A stretch of DNA of 64,000 bases from positions 1-64,000 of the forward strand of contig NIVC01002234.1 in NCBI GenBank assembly GCA_002269645.1, written 5' to 3'. Positions 49,353 to 60,517 of this stretch are shown here, piece by piece; positions within the stretch are counted from its first letter, which is position 1; every line of letters starts with the position of its first letter. This DNA is from Macrostomum lignano (taxonomy: Eukaryota). Both the position numbers and the translations under genes were made by a program. The notes beneath the pieces are model-generated. The model ran no database searches. It worked only from the letters and a program-made list of their open reading frames with translations, and had not been told where the DNA came from.

Positions 49353-50162
49353 CTGCGGGTTGCAGGGCGAAGGGTTCGAGTAGGTTGAGGAAAGAGGGAG
49401 AGACAGAAGGAGAGAGAAGGGGGAGGGAGAGAGGGAGAGAAGGAGAGAGAGAGAGGGAGAGAAGGAGAGAGAGAAGGAGAAGAGGGGAGAGAGAGAAGGG
49501 GAGAGAGAGGAGAGAGGGAAAAAAAGAGGAGAGAAGGGGAGAAGTGGAGAAGGAGAGAGGGAGAGAGGGAGAGAGGGAGGGAGGGAGAGAGGGAGGGAGG
49601 GAGAGAGGGAGAGAGGGAGAGAGGGAGAGAGGGAGAGAAGGAGAGAGAGAAGGAGAGAATGGGAGAGAGAGGAGAGAGGGAGAAAAGGAAAGGAGAGAAG
49701 GGGAGAAGTGGAGAAGGAGAGAGAAAGAGAGGGAAGAGGGAGAAAGGGAGAGAGAGAGTGGGGACAGAGGAAGTCAGAGATAGTGAGAGGGTGAGGAGCA
49801 TGGGATGTAGAAATGAGAGGAGAAGGAGAAATTCCGGTGAGAGAGTCGGGTGTCAGAAGAACTGAGGTCTCAAATTCGAGTGTGGGAGATGTGGGAATAT
49901 GAGAGAGGGGAGAAGAGAGATGGGAGAGGAGAGATTGGAGATAGAAGAAGGGAGATCGAAGATAGAAGAAGGGAGATCGAAGATAGAAGAAGGGAGATGA
50001 TTGAGAGATGGGAGATGAGAGTGGGGACACGAGAGAAGGGAAAGAGAGGGGGGAGGCGGGAGACTAGAGAGGGTAGATGAGTGATGAGTGATATGGGGAG
50101 AGAAGAGAGGGGAGATGAGAAATCCAAGAGCCATCCGAGTGATGAAACCGTATCTTAATTAC

Positions 50163-51248
50163 CTCGTATTCGTCCAGAATTTTCCTGAGCCGCCGACATT
50201 CCAACGACACTCGCCTGTTGTCACCCGACAGGAAGTCGGACAGGCGGGTCTCAACTCTCGCCAGCATTCGCGTATTGTCGACTTCGTCAGTCTCGGACTC
50301 GGCAGCATCAGCTGCATCTTCATCGCAGACGGTGGCGTCCCGGCCTCGCTCCTCCAGCTTGTCCGCCCGGCGGCCCAGACAGTCGGCGCAGTCGATCAGC
50401 AAACGTCGGCCTCGCCAACTGAATGCCGCCTTGGCTTTGGCCGCCGCCTCCATCAAGTCGTTGACAGTCCGGCGAGCTCGGGCAGCCGAGTCTCGAACCA
50501 GACGCCGGTCGCGATCGATCTCTGACGACTCGTCGTCAACGTCGAGCTCCCCGTCGGCCGAGTCTTCGCCGCCGACGCTGCTGCCGCCGGTCGAGGGCCG
50601 ATTTCTGTCCAGCCTGGCGGCGCACTTCGCCACGAGTTCGAGTCGCGCCCGACAAGCCCGAAGTTTGTCGAAGATCGCTGCCCGTTCGGCGGCCAGTTGC
50701 AGCTGCCGCCGCCGGTCGAGCGACCTCGCCTCGGTCAGGCAGGCCGAGACGGCAGCCTGGCGAGCCCGCAGCTGGCGCAGCTGGCGTGGCCGAAGGTGCT
50801 CGGGAACGTCCAGCTGACTGTTGGCCGACAGACTGTGGAACTGGGCGTAGAGCGACTCCAATTGAGATTCGATCTCGCCAGTGTCGTCCTCTTGGCGATC
50901 GGACTCTTCATCGCCAGACTGAGCAGCCGCTGCTGTGTAATCGGCCTCGACACAGATGAGCTGCCGCAGCCAGCAGCTGGCCTGGCTCGCTGCCAGCTTG
51001 TAGCTGCACAGGTCCTCCGCTTCATCAGCAGCCTCCGGCTCTGTAGCATCGATCGACTCCATCGTTGTCATCTCGATCTCGGTCGCGTCAACACCTGTCG
51101 CGGTAGCTGCTGACGCAACGTCAGATGACGTCATTAGACAGCCGTTGTCGTAAGCGAAGCGACAGTCGCAGGAGGATCTGCGCCTCTGCAAGCGCTCGCA
51201 GCTGTCAGCCTCCGGGGTCCTGGCCGATTGACTTCTTCGAGTCAGCAT
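50163..51248 (-). CDS. Helical/coiled-coil protein exon 1
   Basis: ATG 51248 with in-frame TAG upstream; 362 codons; donor GAG|GTAATT. Confidence 0.75.
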
Positions 51249-52086
51249 TTGTCTTTGAAGAGCTGGACTTTTTACTAGCTAAGAAGCGTCTGTCTCCGCT
51301 TGCAGCTGTGCCCGACCTGAGCGTCAGCGGCTATTTTGCATGGCTAATTTGCTAGATAGAGAGAGAAAAAACCTGTCTGCAACTCTCGCGCCCTGCAATT
51401 TCTGTCTGCACACGAGTTCCACTTTGCTCGGGGGTTTTTTAGCCAAGCAGACTGCAGAGTAGCCGTAGGCGTGCAAAGCGTACAACAACTATGGGGCTAA
51501 GCTAGCTTGCGTCTTATTAACGTCTGTTATACCCACACGGCGCGCGTACTAATGCGCCCTTGAAAACACCAAAACGCAGTACGGCATTCTCTTACCTCCC
51601 TGTCTCTCACCCAACCCGCCTCAGCCTAGCTCAAAGTCCAAAGTGGAAAGTAGAGAGAGAGAGAGAGGAGAGAGGACAAGAGGGGGGTTGGTTGGCTGTG
51701 CAATCTGCTTAGCCGTGCACTGAGTGTGGCAATAATAGTTGAAAAATGCATTCGCAATATTATTGTTGTATTATTTACGCGCAATAGAGTCTCTGCTGTC
51801 AGGCATAAGGGGATCTCAGCCTAGCAATTTCAAGTGCGTTACATTATTTATCAGAATCAAAATTCAAAAGGCAGGGACTGTTCATCACCTTGACTCTTAG
51901 TAGAATTTTTTCATCCCCATTGTCCGCATAAAAGTACACACGAGAACAGCAGGCGTACCTGACTACTAACAAGCTGAGCACAGACAACTGAAGCCTGGGT
52001 GCACTTTAGCTTAGGAATATTATAATTATTTATATGAATTATAAATTCACTTACAAGGACTCCAGTAATATATCCAGTAGTATATA

Positions 52087-54050
52087 GTGACTCAAAATCA
52101 CCCCCAAAGTGACTCAAAATCACCCCCAAAGTAACTCAAAATCACCACCAAAACGACTCAAAATCAGCCCCAATGTGACTCAAAATCAGCCCCAAAGTGA
52201 CTCAAAATCACCACCAAAACGACTCAAAATCAGCCCCAATGTGACTCAAAATCACCCCCAAAGTGACTCAAAATCACCCCCAAAGTAACTCAAAATCACC
52301 ACCAAAACGACTCAAAATCAGCCCCAATGTGACTCAAAATCAGCCCCAAAGTGACTCAAAATCACCACCAAAACGACTCAAAATCAGCCCCAATGTGACT
52401 CAAAATCACCCCCAAAGTGACTCAAAATCACTCCCAAAGTGACTCAAAATCACCCCCAAAGTGACTCAAAATCACCCCCAAAGTAACTCAAAATCACCAC
52501 CAAAACGACTCAAAATCAGCCCCAATGTGACTCAAAATCAGCCCCAAAGTGACTCAAAATCACCACCAAAACGACTCAAAATCAGCCCCAATGTGACTCA
52601 AAATCACCCCCAAAGTGACTCAAAATCACTCCCAAAGTGACTCAAAATCACCCCCAAAGTGACTCAAAATCACCCCCAAAGTGACTCAAAATCACCCCCA
52701 AAGTAACTCAAAATCACCACCAAAGTGACTCAAAATCACCCCCAAAGTAACTCAAAATCACCACCAAAACGACTCAAAATCACCCCCAAAGTGACTCAAA
52801 ATCACCCCCAAAGTAACTCAAAATCACCACCAAAGTGACTCAAAATCACCCCAAAGTGACTCAAAATCACCACCAAAACGACTCAAAATCACCCCCAATG
52901 TGACTCAAAATCACCCCCAAAGTGACTCAAAATCACTCCCAAAGTGACTCAAAATCACCCCCAAAGTGACTCAAAATCACCCCCAAAGTAACTCAAAATC
53001 ACCACCAAAACGACTCAAAATCAGCCCCAATGTGACTCAAAATCAGCCCCAAAGTGACTCAAAATCACTCCCAAAGTGACTCAAAATCACTCCCAAAGTG
53101 ACTCAAAATCACCCCCAAAGTGACTCAAAATCACCCCCAAAGTGACTCAAAATCACCCCCAAAGTAACTCAAAATCACCACCAAAACGACTCAAAATCAC
53201 CCCCAAAGTGACTCAAAATCACCCCCAAAGTAACTCAAAATCACCCCCAAAGTGACTCAAAATCACTCCCAAAGTGACTCAAAATCACTCCCAAAGTGAC
53301 TCAAAATCAGCCCCAAAGTGACTCAAAATCACCCCCAAAGTGACTCAAAATCACCCCCAAAGTAACTCAAAATCACTCCCAAAGTGACTCAAAATCACTC
53401 CCAAAGTGACTCAAAATCACCCCCAAAGTGACTCAAAATCACTCCCAAAGTGACTCAAAATCACCCCCAAAGTAACTCAAAATCACTCCCAAAGTGACTC
53501 AAAATCACTCCCAAAGTGACTCAAAATCACCCCCAAAGTGACTCAAAATCACCCCAAAGTGACTCAAAATCACTCCCAAAGTGACTCAAAATCACTCCCA
53601 AAGTGACTCAAAATCACCCCCAAAGTAACTCAAAATCACCCCCAAAGTGACTCAAAATCACCACCAAAGTGACTCAAAATCACTCCCAAAGTGACTCAAA
53701 ATCACCCCAAAGTGACTCAAAATCACTCCCAAAGTGACTCAAAATCACCCCCAAAGTGACTCAAAATCACCCCAAAGTGACTCAAAATCACTCCCAAAGT
53801 GACTCAAAATCACCCCCAAAGTGACTCAAAATCACCCCAAAGTGACTCAAAATCACCCCCAAAGTGACTCAAAATCACCCCCAAAGTGACTCAAAATCAC
53901 TCCCAAAGTGACTCAAAATCACCCCCAAAGTAACTCAAAATCACCCCCAAAGTAACTCAAAATCACCCCCAAAGTGACTCAAAATCACCCCCAAAGTAAC
54001 TCAAAATCACCCCCAAAGTGACTCAAAATCACCCCCAAACTGACTCGATT
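52087..54050. repeat. 22-bp minisatellite (GTGACTCAAAATCACCCCCAAA)n, about 2 kb
   Basis: Direct tandem periodicity with GTAAC/ACGAC variants. Confidence 0.97.
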
Positions 54051-54571
54051 CACCAGCCAAAGCAACTCTAAATCACCCTCTAAAACGACTCAAACTCATT
54101 TAAAAATGACTCAAAAAGCGCCACAAAAATGACTCAAATCACCCCAAAGTGACAAAAAATCATAAAAGATATCAATAGAGCGTTGCTAATGACTCCAAAA
54201 TGAATAATATTTCTGGTTACCTAGGGACTAAAAATGTTTATATGGCGAAAGAGTTGGCAAACTTTGTCAGTTAGACTTTATAATGCAAACACGCTTAAAA
54301 TTATCAATGGAAAGGTGCAACGCCAATCCAATGGGTCTACATTCTTATCTCGCAAAGCTGATAACAATTTTTTTTTTAATTCAAAGGTCAAATAGAAATT
54401 TAACGATTCCTACCAAGAGGTGCCATAACTATCAATATTAGCATTAAAGGTGCCAAAATAAAATTGTTTGCTACATGTATATACGATCAATGGCCTTCGA
54501 TAACACTAGCGACGTAAATTATGCTTAGCACAAAATTTCGTTAATTTACAGTCAATTGCATGCTTTGTAAT

Positions 54572-55760
54572 CAATTGGCACTAAATTATAGGAATCAATT
54601 GGCACTAAATTATAGGAATTAATTGGCGCTAAATTATAGGAATCAATTGGCGCTAAATTATAGGAATCAATTGGCGCTAAATTATAGTGATCTGTTGGCG
54701 CTAAATTATAGGAATCAATTGGCGCTAAATTATAGTAATCAATTGGCGCTAAATTATAATAATCTATTGGCGCTAAATTATAGTAATCAATTGGTGCTAA
54801 ATTATAGTGATCTATTGGCGCTAAATTATAGTGATCTATTGGCGCTAAATTATAGTAATCAATTGGCGCTAAATTATAGTGATCTATTGGCGCTAAATTA
54901 TAGTAATCAACTGGCGCTTAATTATAGTAATCAATTGGCGCTAAATTATAGGAATCAATTGGCGCTAAATTATAGGAATTAATTGGCACTAAATTATAGG
55001 AATCAATTGACGCTAAATTATAGGAATCAATTGGCGCTAAATTATAGGAATTAATTGGCACTAAATTATAGGAATCAATTGGCACTAAATTATAGGAATT
55101 AATTGGCACTAAATTATAGGAATCAATTGGCACTAAATTATAGGAATCAATTGGCACTAAATTATAGGAATCAATTGGCACTAAATTATAGGAATTAATT
55201 GGCGCTAAATTATAGGAATCAATTGGCGCTAAATTATAGGAATCAATTGGCGCTAAATTATAGTGATCTGTTGGCGCTAAATTATAGGAATCAATTGGCG
55301 CTAAATTATAGTAATCAATTGGCGCTAAATTATAATAATCTATTGGCGCTAAATTATAGTAATCAATTGGTGCTAAATTATAGTGATCTATTGGCGCTAA
55401 ATTATAGTGATCTATTGGCGCTAAATTATAGTAATCAATTGGCGCTAAATTATAGTGATCTATTGGCGCTAAATTATAGTAATCAACTGGCGCTTAATTA
55501 TAGTAATCAATTGGCGCTAAATTATAGGAATCAATTGGCGCTAAATTATAGGAATTAATTGGCACTAAATTATAGGAATCAATTGACGCTAAATTATAGG
55601 AATCAATTGGCGCTAAATTATAGGAATTAATTGGCACTAAATTATAGGAATCAATTGACGCTAAATTATAGGAATCAATTGGCGCTAAATTATAGCAATC
55701 AATTGGCGCTAAATTATAGTAATCAACTGGCGCTTAATTATAGTAATCAATTGGCGCTGT
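54572..55760. repeat. 24-bp minisatellite (CAATTGGCRCTAAATTATAGKAAT)n with a 576-bp higher-order duplication
   Basis: Tandem periodicity; ORF-track entries 54623-54982 and 55199-55558 are identical. Confidence 0.96.
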
Positions 55761-55870
55761 TATAAAAATACAAATAAATCTCAAGTTTTCTAAGCTTGTA
55801 TTTTCCACAAAAAGATAATAAATTGAATTAAAGACACGTCAATGATAGTTTTGTCACTATCTAAGTCAGC

Positions 55871-55876
55871 TTTATT
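55871..55876 (-). terminator. Candidate polyadenylation signal of the intermediate filament gene
   Basis: AATAAA on the minus strand about 380 nt after the stop. Confidence 0.3.
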
Positions 55877-56252
55877 AAAACTAATTCAATTGTACTTTTA
55901 TTTGAAACACCGTTTTCTGTTAAAAAGCAACTATAATAAAAGAGCTATAAAAATGGGAAGATTAAGGAAGCGTGTTTTTAGTTGTCGATGTGCTTGAAGG
56001 ATAGAGAAAAATCAAAAAACATATTTGTTATAATAATATCTAGTTCAAACGTACAGGGAATTAACAAAAGCTATCGGTTTTACTTAAATAAAATTTTCTA
56101 TTTTAATATCTATAGTTACTAAGGCAGCTTTTTGTAATTAAAAGAAAAATGAAATTATAAAAATGTTTCGTTAAAATGGATTGTTACTAAACAATGGAAG
56201 TTCGGTACAGGCAGTCAGGGTTTCTCGGTAATCCCTAGTCGAAAAGAAGCAT

Positions 56253-56297
56253 TTAGTTTGCCGAATAGACCGTCTTCTGGTTGTGCGTGGCTCGCTC
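56253..56297 (-). CDS. IF last exon
   Basis: Acceptor ATTTTAG, ERATHNQKTVYSAN then TAA. Confidence 0.88.
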   Translation of the reverse strand, partial: ERATHNQKTVYSAN

Positions 56298-56407
56298 CTA
56301 AAATTTAAGTTTTTTAGCTTTTGATTTTTTCTGAAGTATAAATAGAAATAGATTGTCATGTTTTTTACTAGGCTACTGAAAATAGGTTTGAGTAGTATGA
56401 TACGAAC

Positions 56408-56524
56408 CTCGCCCTCCATGTTGTACAGCGAGGTGACGATGTTGGCACCGACGCCCCAGCTGGTCTCGCCGGCCTCGAGGTCGCCGCTGCCGCTGCCCAG
56501 AGGCCTGTGGCCACGGGCCCAGAT
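56408..56524 (-). CDS. IF exon (lamin-tail domain)
   Basis: Acceptor TCCCCAG, IWARG...SWGVGANIVTSLYNMEGE, donor GTTCGT. Confidence 0.9.
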
Positions 56525-56619
56525 CTGGGGAATTTTTATTCGACGGCGCATTGTAATTCCCTCCGGAATTTGAATGAAGTAATTTCCCTCCTGGAGAGTA
56601 GCTTTAGATATTGGGTGAT

Positions 56620-57245
56620 TGGGTGATCCTACAGGGATTGGGTGATTCCCCTAGATAGACTGGCTAGCTAATTTCCCTACAATGGTTGGGTAATTCCCCT
56701 AGAGGGGTTGGCTAATTCCCCCAGAGGGGCTGGGTGATTCCTCTAGATGGACTTGGGTAATTCCTCTAGATGGACTTAGGTAATTCCTCTAGATGGACTT
56801 GCGTAATTCCTCTAGATGGACTTGGGTAATTCCTCTAGATGGACATGGGTAATTCCTTTAGATGGACTTGCGTAATTCCTTTAGATGGACTTGCGTAATT
56901 TGCGTAATTCCTCTAGATGGACTTGGGTAATTCCTTTAGATGGACTTGCGTAATTCCTTTAGATGGACTTGCGTAATTTGCGTAATTCCTCTAGATGGAC
57001 TTGGGTAATTCCTCTAGATGGACTTGGGTAATTCCTCTAGATGGACTTGGGTAATTCCTCTAGATGGACTTGGGTAATTCCTCTAGATGGACTTGCGTAA
57101 TTCCTCTAGATGGACTTGGGTAATTCCTCTAGATGGACTTGCGTAATTCCTCTAGATGGACTTGGGTAATTCCTCTAGATGGACTTGCGTAATTCCCCCA
57201 GAGGGGCTGTGTAATTCCACTAGATAGACTGGGTAATTTCCCTTG
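56620..57245. repeat. 23-bp minisatellite (TTCCTCTAGATGGACTTGSGTAA)n in an IF intron
   Basis: Direct periodicity with degenerate edges. Confidence 0.93.
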
Positions 57246-57398
57246 ATAGATGGGGAAGAACCTCTACAGAGTGTGCTCTACACTGAAGTGAGTAATTCCA
57301 CTATAATGACATGGAAGAAGCTGAACAAAAGTTTGCTCATGTTTCACGAGCTACTTGTGTTTCAAAGATCTACGAGTACTCTGAATTTTGCCTCCCAC

Positions 57399-57515
57399 CT
57401 TAACGGTCTTTCGCTGTCCATCGTCCAGCACAGTGCCCATTGGCACGGTGTAGCGCACCGTCTGCCGGTTATTGTCAATGTTGCGAGACAGTTTCCAACC
57501 GCCAATGTCCTCCTT
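57399..57515 (-). CDS. IF exon (lamin-tail domain)
   Basis: Acceptor TTCGCAG, EDIGGWKLSRNID...KTVK, donor GTGGGA. Confidence 0.9.
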
Positions 57516-57569
57516 CTGCGAAATTAATTAAACAGAAATAATTGTCTTTGATTTGGTTGTCTGGTGGAG

Positions 57570-57815
57570 CTAGGCGAAGGTAGGGTGAATAGAGCTAAGA
57601 TTAAATTTGATTGGCTGGTTGGGCTATGTGGAGGTGGGGTGGGTTAGAGCTAAGATTGAATTTGATTGGCTGGTTGGGCTAGGCGGAGATGGGGTGCGTT
57701 AAAGCTAAGATTGAATTTGATTGGCTGGTTGGGCTAGGCGGAGGTGGGGTGGGTTAGAGCTAAGATAGAATTTGATTAGCTGGTTGGGCTAGGCGGAGGT
57801 GGGGTGGGTTAGGTT
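57570..57815. repeat. About 55-bp tandem repeat (4 copies) in an IF intron
   Basis: Recurring GAGCTAAGATTGAATTTGATTGGCTGGTTGGGCTAGGCGGAGGTGGGGTGGGTTA. Confidence 0.88.
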
Positions 57816-57856
57816 GGAGCAAGCAAAAGTTAGAGCCAGCAATAAAATTTCACTAC

Positions 57857-57981
57857 CTTCTTTCCGGTGTTCTCAAGCAGCACGAATTTGCCATCAGGCG
57901 AGCACTCCTGAATGCTCACGTTGCCCTTGGCTGTGCGCTGATAAGTTGTTTTCGCCGACATTTCGCCTTTGACGAGATTCA
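57857..57981 (-). CDS. IF exon (start of lamin-tail domain)
   Basis: Acceptor TTTATAG, YQRTAKGNVSIQECSPDGKFVLLENTGKK, donor GTAGTG. Confidence 0.9.
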
Positions 57982-58191
57982 CTATAAATTAATCATATTT
58001 TATCAAATATTCATCAATAGAAAAGTTTTGAGTCTTAAGAAAACTTTAAAACACAAAGTCACTTACTTTGTTGAGCAGCTGAAACGGGTAACATGATAAT
58101 ATTAGTATGAGTAATTTTTTAATTAATTTCAATTAAACTGTGTAATTAAAGTTTGTTTGAACTATCAATACACAAAAAATTTCTTTCTTAC

Positions 58192-58289
58192 CCGCCGGTG
58201 ACGGCAGCTGTTGCTGCTCAACAGACACCGAAGTCTTTTCCACCGTGGATGATCTCTGGGTGATGGTTTCCTGAGCCCGCTGGTTTATG
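58192..58289 (-). CDS. IF exon (tail linker)
   Basis: Acceptor CTGCCAG, INQRAQETITQRSS..., donor GTAAGA; phases 2/1. Confidence 0.85.
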
Positions 58290-58386
58290 CTGGCAGGAAA
58301 AGGAGAGAAAATTAAAGGTCTGCACCAAAGGTTTGTTGACAGTTTTTAATAAAGGAACAAGCGCTCATACACACGCTCACAACAGT

Positions 58387-58426
<40 letters not shown>

Positions 58427-58434
58427 CAACTAAC
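58387..58434. repeat. (TAAC)n microsatellite next to a donor site
   Basis: Read directly. Confidence 0.92.
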
Positions 58435-58438
58435 TCAC

Positions 58439-58947
58439 CGGACTTCCTCGCCCTCCAACAGCTTCCTATAGGCGTGAATCTCCAGCTCCAAGCTGAGCTT
58501 GGCATCCATGAGCACCTGCAGCTCCCGCATGTACTCCTCCAGGGTGGCATTGGAGCTGGCCAGGTCGGCCCGCAGCTGACTCTTCGTCATCTCGCACTCC
58601 CGCTCAGCCTCCTCCATCTCCCGGCGCAGCTCCTCGAGTTCGCGTTCGAGCTGCGCGTTGCGAGCCTCGAGCTCGGGGATCCGGTTCCGGGCGTCGGTCA
58701 TCTGGCCCTTTATACGCTTGCTCTCCTCGCGCAGGTGGGCCAGCTCGAGGTTGTCCCTTGTGTTCGTGGTTCGAGCCTCCTGCACTTTCACGCTGTACTG
58801 GGCCTCGATCTCCGAGCGCATGGAGTCCAGCTTGACCTCGTACTCGCGCTGGATGTCGTGCAGAGCCTGCGACATCTCGTTGCGCCAGAACTCGCGATTC
58901 TCATTGGTTGTATCTCGGTAAGCCAGGATGGCCAGCTCCTTGAGCTC
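58439..58947 (-). CDS. IF exon (L12 and coil 2)
   Basis: Acceptor CCCGCAG, ends AYRKLLEGEEVR, donor GTGAGT. Confidence 0.95.
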
Positions 58948-59272
58948 CTGCGGGGTGTTCGAGTTATAGGATTTTAAGCTTGTAAAATTTTGAGGCTGTA
59001 AAACATCCAATTCGAGCCTATGAAACTTGACTAGAGGACGTTCCTTGACTAGAGAAAGTACACTATATGCATTGGATTACTCCATTGTATTCTGATTGGC
59101 TGTCATCTGTCCGGAGTGAGGTGGGTGCTAAACTAGCAAATGTACATCGGTGAACAATGTAGTTACTACGTTACCATTAGCAAATGCTAACTAGGCTGAA
59201 AAAATAAACCTGGAGTTTGGAACTTTAAAAAAGCCAGCATGCCCTGCACATGCAGTCTCTTTCTACACTTAC

Positions 59273-59368
59273 GGATTCGTGGACCTGCTTGAGGAAGTCC
59301 AACTCCTCGCGAAGAGACTGGGCGGCGTTCTCGGCGTTGATGTGGTTCAGCGTCTCAGTGTCAAGGTC
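59273..59368 (-). CDS. IF exon (end of coil 1b)
   Basis: Acceptor TCCGCAG, DLDTETL...LREELDFLKQVHES, donor GTAAGT. Confidence 0.92.
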
Positions 59369-59442
59369 CTGCGGATGTGACGAGTATTTCATAAGATTTT
59401 GTATTGATAATCCATAAATAATCACGCAATAAAAGGACTCAC

Positions 59443-59629
59443 TGTTCTCAGTCGGGACACATCGTCGCGAAGTCGCTTGGTCTCTCGTTGGTCTCGAGCT
59501 CGCTCCTCGTCGAAGGCGGCCACCCGACGGCGCAGCAGCGAGATTTCGCCATCGTAGTCGGCCATCTGCTGGTTGAGCTTGTCGATGGTCTCCCTGTCCA
59601 CCTGGTGCATCCGGTTCGCCTCGTCTAAG
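59443..59629 (-). CDS. IF exon (coil 1b)
   Basis: Acceptor ATTGAAG, LDEANRMHQVDRET..., donor GTGAGT. Confidence 0.88.
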
Positions 59630-59744
59630 CTTCAATTTTGAGCGATGATTGGAAAGAATGTCCCTGATTGGCCCGTGAATTTTTCTGAGGCAATGAGCGC
59701 GGAGCTCTCTGATTGGCTGTTGGAGCTTTTTGAGGTGATAGGCG

Positions 59745-60115
59745 AATTCCAGCTCTCTTATTGGTCAGGTAGCTTTTGGGGTGGTGGGTGGATTCCAGCT
59801 CTCTTATTGGTCAGGGAGCTTTTGGGGTGGTGGGTGGATTCCAGCTCTCTTATTGGTCAGGGAGCTTTTGGGGTGGTGGGTTGATTCCAGCTCTCTTACG
59901 AGCGTATTCGCCAGGGAGCTTTTGGGGTGGTGGGTGGATTCTATAGCTTTCTTATTGGTCAGGGAGCTTTTGGGGTGGTGGGTGAATTCCAGCTCTCTTA
60001 TTAGTCAGGGAGCTTATGGGGTGGTGGGTGGATTCCAGCTCTCTTATTGGTCAGGGAGCTTTTGGGGTGGTGGGTGGATTCTAGCTCTCATTAGCCAGGG
60101 AGCTTTTGGGGTAGT
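59745..60115. repeat. About 46-bp tandem repeat in an IF intron
   Basis: Recurring GATTCCAGCTCTCTTATTGGTCAGGGAGCTTTTGGGGTGGTGGGTG. Confidence 0.9.
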
Positions 60116-60203
60116 GGTTTTGGGTAAAAGAGTCCAGCTACGTATGATCTAGCGCATGATAAGCTGCTTAACATAAAATTAAGCATCTTTAAGAGCAACT
60201 CAC

Positions 60204-60415
60204 AGAACTTGCAGCTCGTTCAGCTGGTCCTCCAGTGAGCTGATTCGCACCTCAGCCTCTGCCTTGTGCTTCTCGGCATCCTCGAGCAGTTTGCGCAGCT
60301 GCTGAAGCTCAGTCTCATAGGTGAGCTTAATCTTCTCAGTCTCTTTGCCCCATCGGTCTTTAAGCTGTTGAAGCTCGTTAGAAAGCTTCTTGTTTTGGGC
60401 CTCCAAAAATCTTAC
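60204..60415 (-). CDS. IF exon (coil 1a end to coil 1b)
   Basis: Acceptor TATCAAG, VRFLEAQNKKL, donor GTGAGT. Confidence 0.92.
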
Positions 60416-60517
60416 CTTGATAAAATATTGAAATGATAAAACTGGGGTATATTCGGCGATAACTGTGACTTTTTCAGAATCTTGAAGGAATTTTTAAAAG
60501 CCCGTAAAAATAAAGTC

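Larger units (their letters stand above)
48798..51248 (-). other. Gene span: unidentified helical/coiled-coil protein, about 546 aa, 2 coding exons
   Basis: GC-rich coding-like ORFs 51248-50163 and 49352-48798 joined by a GTAATT...CCGCAG phase-0 intron; heptad-rich, weakly spectrin-repeat-like. Extra exons cannot be excluded. Confidence 0.7.
56253..60415 (-). other. Gene span (partial): cytoplasmic intermediate filament protein, protostome long-coil-1b type with lamin-tail domain
   Basis: Nine in-phase exons (1506 nt): VRFLEAQN (coil 1a end), long coil 1b, LELEIHAYRKLLEGEE (rod end), lamin-tail domain (SPDGKFVLLEN, IGGWKL, IWA), ending ERATHNQKTVYSAN* with no CaaX. Head and first exon lie beyond 64000. 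Confidence 0.92.

Noticed and set aside
12484-50134. Long Ser/Leu-rich or Glu/Arg-rich ORFs (e.g. 12484-13437, 15769-16560, 44844-46082, 5' part of 48798-50030)
   Set aside because: They are translations of purine/pyrimidine low-complexity tracts, which rarely contain stops; no domain content.
56253-60415. Nuclear lamin
   Set aside because: No C-terminal CaaX (ends VYSAN) and no basic nuclear localisation signal between rod and tail domain; fits a cytoplasmic IF.
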